DNA of 64,000 nt from Octopus sinensis. Taxonomy: Eukaryota. This document shows, piece after piece, positions 53,777 through 64,000 of the stretch. The notes below the pieces were generated by a model that searched no databases, was not told the origin of the DNA, and was given only the letters and a program-made list of their open reading frames with translations. Position 1 is the stretch's first letter; each line of letters opens with the position of its first letter. Location of the stretch: positions 75,888,001 through 75,952,000 of the forward strand of contig NC_043007.1 in the NCBI RefSeq assembly GCF_006345805.1, read 5' to 3'. Position numbers and translations under genes: made by a program.

Positions 53777-54973
53777 TTAGGTTGGCGGCTAAGTTCCCGT
53801 TATTTTTTAATTTAAATTTTTTAAAAGGTTTAATAAAAAATAACAACTAATTAATAATGTATTCACCCTTGTTGTTTTTACAACTTCTTCCCAACCTTCA
53901 ACAAGATTTTCAATACCTCATTGGTAGAAATCACCCAATTTTGACTAAAACAAATTGATCCAATAAGCTCTCAATTCTGCATAAGTATTGAATGAAACTC
54001 CGTGCATAGCATTTGAAAATCAGGAGAGTACGGCGGGTGTGGCAGCACTTCCCAGCCATGTGTTTGAATGGCTTCCTTGGTCATATTGACAATACGAGGG
54101 CGTGTGTAGTCATGCAGCAGAAGAACTCCATACCGCTGATTAGGTCTTTTCTCTTGAATAGCCGTGTTGAGTCGTTCCATCTGTTGAACATAGAGTTCCA
54201 CATTGACCGTTTGGTTCCATTCAAGCAAATCGTAATGGATAATCCCTTCCCAGTCCCACCGTAATCACAACATTGTTTTATGCAGATGAAGATCTTGTTT
54301 CATGCGTAGTGTCGCTTGTTGACCAGGGCTAAGCCAATCCTTACGCTGCTTCATATTGATGTAGAGGCACCATTTTTCGTTGCCAGTAACAATTTGGTAT
54401 AGAAATCATTGCTTGTGTCCATGAGTTGAGCAGTGACGAGCAAGCAAACCAGTGGAGATTGTGGCAGAACCCATGCTCCATACTTTTGAACCTTTCCCAT
54501 CAAGTGAAGATGCTTCTCTACAGCAGTGTGGGAGCATTTCATTTTCTCTTCCAGTTCTCTTGTCGTTTGATGAGAATTTTTGTCAAAAGTTGGTTTAATT
54601 GCTTTTCATCAAACTCAACTGGACGGCTGGAACAAGGTGTGTCTTTGAGGTCAAAATTGCCACCTTTGAACTTGGCATACTAATCACAAGTGGTTCTTTC
54701 AGCTATGGTACCCTCTACATACACAGCACAAATGTCACGAGCAGCTTTTGCAGCCTTAGAACCTTGATTAAAAGTAAAAAGAAGGAGGTGTCGAAAATGC
54801 TCATTTTCCTTAACTTGACATTCCATTTTAATGATCTAAAAATTATCAAAAATTAACTAAAATTAACTAGAAAAAAAAAACAAAATAGATTTCAAAATGA
54901 TTCAAAAATAGAATTCTCGAAAAAAATAGATTTCAAAATTTAAAAAAAAGGGGGAACTTAGTTGCCAACCCAA
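53777..54973 (-). mobile_element. Mariner element, near full length and degenerate
   Basis: TIRs TTAGGTTGGCGGCTAAGTTCC / GGAACTTAGTTGCCAACCCAA with TA flanks; LLHD..RP and WEVLPHPPYSPD motifs; same family as 44097-44915. Confidence 0.92.
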
Positions 54974-55379
54974 TAATAACTGTACTGGAGAGTAAAGTTT
55001 ATTTGCCAACATAATGTGGCAGCCCTGACCAAGACTATGTTATTACATTTTAACCCCAGGAAAACATCTTTTCCTGCTGGTTTATCAACACATGATCTGT
55101 GTCTCAGACATGCTGTAAGCAAGGGGGCTCAATGCTCCCTTGCAGCCATTCACAGTACCAGCAGACCAATGGTTTCTGGGTTATTTATCTTCCTCAGTGT
55201 TGGACAACTGCCTGGCGAGAGACAGAAGTCAGCTGACCTTACTCACAGTATATACTTTTCAAAGCAACTGTCAGTCACTGATCTCATAAGGAGAAAAACA
55301 ACTAGTTTTAAATCTCCGATAGAGATCTATATAGTAACAGTACTGGATAGTAAAGTTGCTGGATGGATAATGTCAGTGT

Positions 55380-55680
55380 GCATGTATGACAGAGTGTTAT
55401 TGATTTGAGAGTAAAATTTGGTATATAAAGCATCAGATGTGAGCAAGAGAGAAAACTGCTCAGATATGGTCATGTGATGTGTATGAATAAGGGCAGCTCC
55501 ATCAAGAAGTGCTGATCTCTAATTGTGGAGGTTAAGTGTGGAAAGAGTAGTCCTAGGAAGACACGGGATAAAGTTGTGAGAAAGACCTTCAGATTTTGGA
55601 CCTCACAGAGGATATGACAAGGAACCAAGACTTCAGGTGATTTGCTGTGCATGAGTAGACATGTCGAGCTAAGTAAAATT
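55380..55680 (+). mobile_element. RTE LINE 3' fragment, old
   Basis: Similar to the reverse complement of 700-1000 (YGHV..M..G.PRKT). Confidence 0.55.
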
Positions 55681-55699
55681 GTGGCTGTCCATATATATA

Positions 55700-55925
55700 T
55701 ATATTTCTTTACTACCCACAAGGGGCTAAACATAGAGGGGACAAACAAGGAAAGACAAAGGGATTAAGTCAATTACATCGACCCAGTGCGAAACTGGTAC
55801 TTTATTTATCGACCCCAAGAGGATGAATGGCAAAGTCGACCTCAGCAGAATTTGAATGTAACGGCAGGCAAAATGCCGTGAAGCATTTTGCCTGGCATGC
55901 TAACGATTCTGCCAACTCGCTGCAA
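55700..55925 (-). mobile_element. SINE family B
   Basis: Near-identical to 13522-13739. Confidence 0.82.
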
Positions 55926-56009
55926 ATATATATATTTGTCCATATAAATGTCTTCTATGTCCCTCTCTCAGCTGAGAGGTCCTAGTTTTGTGGGTACATG
56001 GATGCTGGT

Positions 56010-56342
56010 ATCATATAAAAGTGCCAGTACCATGTACAAGTGTTATGCTAGTTCCATGTAAAAGCACCGCTGCTGGCACTATGTGGAAGTGCCCTTGCCG
56101 GTAGCATGTAAAAGTGCACATGCTAGTGCCACTTGAAAGCACTTGTGCTGGTATCACATAGAAGTGTGCAAGCCAGTGCCATACTAAAAGCATCAAATAC
56201 ACTGGTTGGCATTAGGAAGGGCATCCAGCTACAGAAACCATGTCAAGAGAGACAAAACAGAGCCTAGGCAGCTCTTTAGCTGACCAATTACTGTCAAACT
56301 GTCCAACCTATGCCAGCATGGAGAACAGACATTAAATGATGA
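56010..56342 (+). mobile_element. RTE-tail-type short repeat, diverged
   Basis: GGCATTAGGAAGGGCATCCAGC...ACATTAAATGATGA. Confidence 0.6.
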
Positions 56343-56478
56343 CTATGTGCATATGCATATATATAATATTCCTATTTCTTTTTCTGAATGTCCTATTCTA
56401 ATACTTCATGTTTGCATTATATTTTATTTATTTTTTCACTAAGCCTTAATTGAATTCTGTAATATTTGTTTGGCTTAG

Positions 56479-56550
56479 GTTATTGCAGTTGGAATAGTTG
56501 GAATTTTTACAGGACAGGTGTCAAATTCAGAAGCAAAAACTAGAAAAATG
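56479..56550 (+). CDS. Coding exon 2 of CD20/MS4A-like gene B (VIAVGIVGIFTGQVSNSEAKTRKM)
   Basis: 72-bp phase-0 exon with acceptor tttgtttggcttAG and donor GTaaat; homolog of 7948-7877. Confidence 0.78.
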
Positions 56551-57229
56551 GTAAATATTTCTTTGATTTTTAATGTTTTTCTTTCAAATTTTCAGTGTAG
56601 TTTTGAAAATCAAAGATTGTTAGACCTATTCATAATAATTTCTAGCTCTTGGTACTGCTTTATTTACTGAGACTAATGATTTTAGGATGTACACTGCTAT
56701 TTATATAATCATACAATTATTTATGTACTTTAATCAATGAAAATGAGAAACAAATGATTATTAAAAATGAAACTATGAGAAACAAAGCAACAATCTAATG
56801 TGAACAGGCATACATAGACACACACACAAAATGTGTCTTTTAAATCCTCTTGAACAGGAAGTTTGTTTTTGTTACCAATTGGCTTGTATCAAGGATTTCT
56901 TGCCAAAATATTAATTTCCTCACTTGGGGATGACAATCTGGATTTACATAGAAATAGCTTGTGATTTATACAAAAATATGAAATAATTTTGTTTTGGAAT
57001 GGTTTAACTCAAAGCAAATAAAGCTATTAATAATCATATGTAAATATTGGGTTAAGAAGCTCTTTGGCTTTAGTCAAAGGCTGCCCTAGGACAAAAACCC
57101 ATATCTTCTGTAGGCATGTCAGGCATTGTACCGTTGAACCAAAGTACTCCTTCAAATTTCTCTTTCCATTTTAGAAGCTTATTTTAACCATTACTCTTTA
57201 AATCTTAAGAAGGTCTTGCAGATTTTTAT

Positions 57230-57760
57230 AGTCCCAGCTATCATGATCATTTGTAGCATATGAATTAAGGATTTGCATTCTCCCCAAGACCCCAAGTTTG
57301 GCCATATTTTGCTGCAGTCAGGTTGGTATGTATCCTGTTACTCCATTAATAATAAGTATGAAGCTGAAAGTGTATCTTGGGTACTGGATTTGCAAACTTC
57401 CTATCAATGGTCCATAGATGTACTCTTTCTCTTGTATTTTTCTGACCACATTGATGTCTGGGGGGCAGCTGATTTCTGCAACAGAACATATCTTTTCTTT
57501 GTAGTCTCACACAACGATATCTGGCCAGTTGTGTTTTAACTTGGTGACTGTTTTAATTTTTAAGTTCCACCAATATTCTTTTGATTCATTAATCTCAATA
57601 TAATCAACTTTATTAGTAGACATTTTTGTTTTCATTATCCTGTTCCAGACCATTCTAGCCACCACATTATGCTTCATAGGAAGATAATATCTGGGAGACA
57701 GCTGGTGATAATGTAGTTGATGTCTTCAGTCTTGGTCTTACAAAGCCTATATTTGTTGTC
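57230..57760 (-). mobile_element. RLE-type (R4-like) LINE C-terminal fragment
   Basis: The minus strand reads HNWPDIVV*DYKEKICSVAEISCP, a PD-(D/E)xK-like RLE motif. Confidence 0.6.
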
Positions 57761-59500
57761 TGTCAATGTTTTCTGCATTATGCCACAAATGTAGCACATG
57801 GCTATATGTAGCATATATTTTGTCCTGGAGAGAAAGGCCGCTGTACACAAGAATAAAATCCTTAAGGAGAGGAAAGTTCTTATGAGACACTGTAAAAAAA
57901 TTCCAAATCACTTCAGCAAACAAATTGGAAGCAGTGAAAAATCCTGTCTGAAAATACAACTGCTACAGATTAAAGAAAATCTGCAACTCTCCCATGAAAA
58001 AGAAAGAGCAGACAAAGAGACCTAGGCTATAGACAATATAAAATCTAACCCCAAAGCTTTCTACAAGTTTGCCAAAGACACAGCCAGAGTGCACTGCAGG
58101 GTAGTGCCACCGATTGAAAAAAGAAGGTTCACTCACAGGATACCCAATGAGGATGAGTGAAATACTAAATGAGCGATTCGAAAGTGTTTTCACTCCATCC
58201 CTAGGAAACTTCCAAGTCAGCAATCCAGCTGAGATTTTCGCCACTACAGATATAAAAACAGGAGCAGTGATGATTGATTACATCAATATAAAAGAAGATG
58301 GTGTAATAAAGGCTATAGATGAGATAAACCTGAACTCAGTTACTGGCCCTGATGGATTCCCAACAATCTTTCTAAAGTCATGTTAAGTCCTAACAAGACC
58401 ATTGTGGTCTCTCTTCCAGAGATTCCTTGCAACTGTCAAACTTCCAAGCAAGCTTAAAGAAGGGAAAATATATCCCATCCATAAAGGAGGTAGCAGAGCA
58501 GAGACCAAAAACTACAGACCTATCTCTCTGACCTTGCACATCAGCAAAGTCATAGAGTGAATAGTCAGAAGAAAGTGAATCACCTTCCTTGAGGAAAATG
58601 ACTTGCTGATTGACACCCAATATGGTTTCCAACCAGGAAGAAGTTGCCTGTTCATAATGGCCTTCTCAGATATGTCTCCAGCCACACAGAGAGCCATGAT
58701 CACAAGTTATTCAGATGATACAAAAGCCTCACTGGTGATACAGAACCCTGAAGTTGCTAGCCCTCTGCTATCAGCATGCAAAACCAATATGCTATTAGCA
58801 TGCTATACCAATTAAATAAATTGGGCCTGGAGGGATTGCAATCCCAGAGACACAGTCAGTGTGAGACCTAGGTATTTACATGAGTAATGATGCATCCTTC
58901 CATGTGCATGTTGCTAAGTTGGCAATGAAATGCAGGTGGCTGACCAGATGGATTCTTAGAACATTTAAAATGAGAGATCAGGAAACCATGATGGTCCTCT
59001 AGAGGACATTTGTCCAAGTCGTTTTGGCTATTGCTCCTAGCTATGGTCACCAACTAGTGTAAAATTAATTGCTGAACTTGAGGCAATCCAATGAAGCTAC
59101 ACAAATAAGATAGCCTCTATGCCACATATAAGCTACTGGGAAAGATTGAGACTGGGAAAGATACTGGGAAAGATTGAGACTCTATTCCCTGGAGCAGAGG
59201 AGGGAAAGATATGTTGTAATATACATCTGGAAGATCCCAGAAAAAATTGTCTCAAATTTTGGCATTGAGAGTTACACTAACACTATAACAGGACATAGTG
59301 CCAAAGATGCTAACTTTGCCATCAAAATAGAGGACAAGATATTGCAATAGCCAGGGTTTTAAAAACCTGAGAGACCTACATGTGGTGGATGTAGATATCT
59401 TCAAAACTAGATCCCTTACTGTCAAGAGTCCCAGATGAGCCAACTTCACAGCAAGAAGTGCAGATGAGGGCAGTAGCATCAAACACCATCCCTCATGCAC
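57760..59500 (+). mobile_element. CR1-like LINE, heavily degenerate
   Basis: Aligns by eye with 37980-39750 (IKSNPKAFY, LNERFESVF, GPDGFP, NYRPISL, QYGFQPGRSCL). Confidence 0.8.
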
Positions 59501-59626
59501 CAAATGACAAGTTCTAAAACGAATTAGTGAAGTAAAATTATGTAGCAACACCAAATGGCAGTGCCCCAGCATGACCACAACTCATGAGCTGAAACTAGTA
59601 AAGAAAAGAGAAAAGTATACATACAT

Positions 59627-60065
59627 CATCATTCATCATTGTTCGACCGTGGTTGAGACAATGGAATTTTCCATGCTACGCCAGACATCACAGCCCATCA
59701 TAGCATTACGGAGGTCCTGTTGCTGGATGCCTGTATCCCTGGAGATTACATCATGGTAGGAGAGTGTGCACCCTCTGGTATCGCGAGTAGATGGCTTCCA
59801 GAGGAGAAGAGTAGAAATTGCCTCATTTTCAGCTCTACAACAACGTCCAGCAAACTGGACTCTCCTACCTTTCACAAGAGATGACACAGGTGGTAGTTTC
59901 CCATATATTTGCATTTTGGTTAGATGACGCTTCCACGAGAGATTTTGAGCTCTCATAAGGAGGCGAGTGTAGGTTCCATCCAACTGCCTCTCAAGCTTCT
60001 TTGATAACGTTCAGGTTTCTGAGCCATATAGTAGAATTGGTTTGACTGTGGCTTTGAAGATTTCT
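59627..60065 (-). mobile_element. RTE LINE 3' fragment, same family as 28075-30855
   Basis: Reverse complement of ~30410-30850 (DGTYTRLLMRAQNLSW...RRVQFAG). Confidence 0.9.
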
Positions 60066-60239
60066 TTTATATACATACATATATATATATATAAATAAAT
60101 ATAAGAAAATAGTAAAGTGTGAAAAAACGACAGAAGGCTTAAATGTTAAAAAATATATATATTTGTGTCAAAATGTCTGGAGAATATTGGAAAAATTTTT
60201 TTTCCCTTTCCTTAAAATGACATAATTTTAAAATTTTTA

Positions 60240-60279
60240 AAGAAATTACCGGTTTCGCGTGTAGCTTTTCAAATTTCTT
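60240..60279 (-). ncRNA. Mirror copy of the candidate hammerhead in the left PLE arm
   Basis: Exact reverse complement of 62784-62823. Confidence 0.72.
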
Positions 60280-62783
60280 GTGACGTTATGTTTATATTGC
60301 ATGGAATTATCGTTGTTTTTATTTCCAGGAGATTTCTAAATAAGGGGAGGTAGTGAGTGATTTTTTCCGGTGTAGGGGAGATAATCGCTTAAAAATTTTT
60401 TTTCCCTTTTCCTTGTTAATTTCTCTGTGTCAGTATGTTCGGATGGTTGAGTCTGGGTTTGTACTTTTCAATGAAGAATGTTTCCTTGTTCAGTCTCATT
60501 TGTGTTGATGATCCGAAAGCACATTGGTAAAATGGGAAGATTAAAAATTGTGGCAGTAGTTGCTTTGCGCATTTCTCAATGTGCTCACTAAAAGGTATCA
60601 TTCTATATTCTGGGAATGCAATCTGTTGTCGATGCAGTGTGCATCTGCGCCTGAGTGATAGTCCCGTGGAACCCACGTAGTCTTGGTGGCAGCCCGAGCA
60701 TTTAATAACATAAATTATGTTTTCAGAGGCACAAGTAAAGTTAGATTTGATCTTAAATTTCTGTCCCTCTTTAAAGAAGAATTCTGATCCTTCCAATAGG
60801 TTAGGACATGTTGCACAGTTCGATCTACCACATTTTTTTACTTTTGCATCCGTAATTTTAGAAGACAATTTTGCCTTTGTGAGAATCTTTTTAAGTGATT
60901 TAGGCTGTTTGTAGCTTTTAATGATTTGGTGTATGTTTAGAATTTCCTTTAATTTTGGGTTTTTATGAAGTATTGGTAAATTCTGGGTGATGATGGTGAA
61001 GGCTTCTTTGTTTCTGGGGTTGTATGTAGATATGTAAGGTAGTATTTTCGGGGAAGGTGTGTTGTTGTGTTGAACTTTTCTTAAAGTTTCTATGTTGATT
61101 TCTGTTGCACGTCTGATCCCATCCTCTATGAGTTGAGCTGGGTAATGTCTGTCAATTAGGGTGTTTTTGAGTTCTTGCAGTCTAAAGTTCCTGGTATTTT
61201 GTTCTGACACTATTGTGCATATCCTTCTTGCAAGGTTGAAGGGGATGTTTGTTTTAGTGTGTCTTGGGTGGCATGAATTAAAAAGAAGGTATTGTTGGCG
61301 TCTGTGGCTTTGTAAAAAATGTCTGTTTCTATTTTAAGGTTAATTTTTTTAATTAGTATATCCAAGAACGGGAGCTCCTTTTGGTTGTATTCCATTGTGA
61401 ACTGTATATTTGGGTTTATGCTGTTCAATAGGTTTTTAAATTTTAGGAGTTTATCTATGTTTTCATTCCAGAGAATGAAACAATCGTCTAGGAATCGTTT
61501 CCAATTCTCTTTTATGTATTGAGAGAGGGAGTTTCCTCTCTCAATACATAAAAGAGAATTGGAAACGATTCCTAGACGATTGTTTCATTCTCTGGAATGA
61601 AAACATAGATAAACTCCTAAAATTTAAAAACCTATTGAACAGCATAAACCCAAATATACAGTTCACAATGGAATACAACCAAAAGGAGCTCCCGTTCTTG
61701 GATATACTAATTAAAAAAATTAACCTTAAAATAGAAACAGACATTTTTTACAAAGCCACAGACGCCAAACAATACCTTCTTTTTAATTCATGCCACCCAA
61801 GACACACTAAAACAAACATCCCCTTCAACCTTGCAAGAAGGATATGCACAATAGTGTCAGAACAAAATACCAGGAACTTTAGACTGCAAGAACTCAAAAA
61901 CACCCTAATTGACAGACATTACCCAGCTCAACTCATAGAGGATGGGATCAGACGTGCAACAGAAATCAACATAGAAACTTTAAGAAAAGTTCAACACAAC
62001 AACACACCTTCCCCGAAAATACTACCTTACATATCTACATACAACCCCAGAAACAAAGAAGCCTTCACCATCATCACCCAGAATTTACCAATACTTCATA
62101 AAAACCCAAAATTAAAGGAAATTCTAAACATACACCAAATCATTAAAAGCTACAAACAGCCTAAATCACTTAAAAAGATTCTCACAAAGGCAAAATTGTC
62201 TTCTAAAATTACGGATGCAAAAGTAAAAAAATGTGGTAGATCGAACTGTGCAACATGTCCTAACCTATTGGAAGGATCAGAATTCTTCTTTAAAGAGGGA
62301 CAGAAATTAAGATCAAATCTAACTTTACTTGTGCCTCTGAAAACATAATTTATGTTATTAAATGCTCGGGCTGCCACCAAGACTACGTGGGTTCCACGGG
62401 ACTATCACTCAGGCGCAGATGCACACTGCATCGACAACAGATTGCATTCCCAGAATATAGAATGATACCTTTTAGTGAGCACATTGAGAAATGCGCAAAG
62501 CAACTACTGCCACAATTTTTAATCTTCCCATTTTACCAATGTGCTTTCGGATCATCAACACAAATGAGACTGAACAAGGAAACATTCTTCATTGAAAAGT
62601 ACAAACCCAGACTCAACCATCCGAACATACTGACACAGAGAAATTAACAAGGAAAAGGGAAAAAAAATTTTTAAGCGATTATCTCCCCTACACCGGAAAA
62701 AATCACTCACTACCTCCCCTTATTTAGAAATCTCCTGGAAATAAAAACAACGATAATTCCATGCAATATAAACATAACGTCAC

Positions 62784-62823
62784 AAGAAATTTGAAAAGCT
62801 ACACGCGAAACCGGTAATTTCTT
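62784..62823 (+). ncRNA. Candidate minimal type I hammerhead ribozyme, U3-A8 core variant
   Basis: AAGAAAT / TTGAAAA / GC-tacac-GC / GAAA / CCGG-T-A / ATTTCTT: 7-bp stem I, 2-bp stem II, palindromic stem III ACCGGT, and GUA cleavage triplet. Confidence 0.72.
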
Positions 62824-63006
62824 TAAAAATTTTAAAATTATGTCATTTTAAGGAAAGGGAAAAAAAATTTTTCCAATATTCTCCAGACATTTTGACACAA
62901 ATATATATATTTTTTAACATTTAAGCCTTCTGTCGTTTTTTCACACTTTACTATTTTCTTATATATTCACCCACGTGCTTTACCAAACAAACTTTCTTAT
63001 CTATAA

Positions 63007-63054
<48 letters not shown>

Positions 63055-63055
<1 letters not shown>

Positions 63056-63340
63056 TTGTGAGCTCGAATCCCGGACCGGGCTGCGTGTTGTGTTCTTGAG
63101 CAAAGCACTTTATTTCACGTTGCTCCAGTTCACTCAGCTGTAGAAATGAGTTGCGACGTCACTGGTGCCAAGCTGTATCGACCTTTGTCTTTCCCTTGGA
63201 TAACACTGGTGGCGTGGAGAGGGGAGGCTGGTATGCATGGGCGACTGCTGGTCTTCCATAAACAACCTTGCCCGGACTTGTGTCTAGGAGGGTAACTTTC
63301 TAGGTGCAATCCCATGGTCATTCATGACCGAAAGGGGTCT
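63055..63340 (+). mobile_element. CORE-type SINE with RTE-like tail
   Basis: GTGTTCTTGAGCAAAGCACTTTATTTCACGTTGCTCC; related to 9425-9665. Confidence 0.65.
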
Positions 63341-64000
63341 TTTTATATATATATATATATATATATATACATACATACACACAGACACACAGACACACAT
63401 TCACATGCAAATAAATATAAGTTACTGAAATACCAGCTTGCTAGAAATAGGAGTCAACACACCAAAACAACAAACTAAGAAACATTTACTCACTTTATGT
63501 TTGTTTTTGAATGTTGCGGGTCATTCAAGTAAATGGTGTAATGAAATGAGTACAGTAATCTGTCGCCATATCGTGGTTCACCCATCACGGTTTATTATTT
63601 AAGATCATGTCAATTCTTCTGTGATGATGTTTTGCATTTATAATAAAATAATTATATGTAAATTATAAAAACAAACAAAAAAATATACAGTACTGTTTCT
63701 ACTTCATGGATTTTCACCTATCATTGGTGTTTTTGGAACATAATACCTGCATTAGTCAGTATTATTGAAAAATAGATGAATACAGTAAGCTTGGCTGATG
63801 ATCCAAAAGGTGAAATGAATTGATTGTAAAATGTCTGTTCTTGCTTTGTGGTCTATGCAAAGGTAAGGCTTGTTCTATTATGTGGCAGTTTTTGCTTTGT
63901 CTTTTGCTTGTTCTTTTATGGATGTTTTTGCTTTGTTTAGAAGAGGGGAAAACATTTTTGTTTTTGTTTTTTTGAGAAAAGGAGAAAAAATACAGAGAGG

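Larger units (their letters stand above)
60099..62964. mobile_element. Head-to-head palindrome of a 5'-truncated Neptune-like Penelope element
   Basis: Arms 60099-61528 and 61535-62964 flank a 6-nt spacer GAGTTT. Each arm encodes WKRFLDDCF (RT catalytic motif), the thumb, KCGRSNCATC and IIYVIKC..YVGST (GIY-YIG), and has one private 1-nt deletion. Confidence 0.95.

Noticed and set aside
57155-57210. Acceptor-like site as candidate exon 3 of gene B
   Set aside because: The in-frame reading hits a stop within 9 codons and the homologous gene A position is also closed.
63780-63870. AAG/GTAAGG donor-like site
   Set aside because: No open, hydrophobic in-frame exon upstream of it.

Overview
Eukaryotic, AT-rich and repeat-dominated genomic DNA, most likely octopus. 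This is inferred from the recognisable tRNA-derived SINE families and dense (TA)n/(ATAC)n/(AAT)n microsatellites. There is one 100-N scaffold gap at 36730-36829. The only host genes I can support are two divergently oriented paralogs of a CD20/MS4A-like membrane protein family. Gene A (minus) has exons 19298-19131 and 7948-7877; gene B (plus) has exons 48545-48754 and 56479-56550. Both sit in an old inverted duplication. The rest is mostly transposon debris: RTE, CR1 and R4/Dong LINEs, Helitrons, mariner and Tc2-like elements, SINEs and several Penelope-like elements (PLEs). The most striking object is a ~2.87-kb near-perfect palindrome (60099-62964) made of two head-to-head, 5'-truncated Neptune-like PLE copies. 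Each arm carries a minimal type I hammerhead-ribozyme fold with a compensatory U3-A8 core variant and a palindromic, dimer-type stem III. The window also holds further decayed hammerhead motifs, two tandem-plus-inverted fold-back arrays inside (TA)n, several perfect hairpins, and a 7-unit CRE/CCAAT array with fixed 12-nt spacing in a PLE 3' region. All calls were made by eye from the sequence and ORF track, with no database searches, so repeat boundaries are approximate unless termini are quoted.
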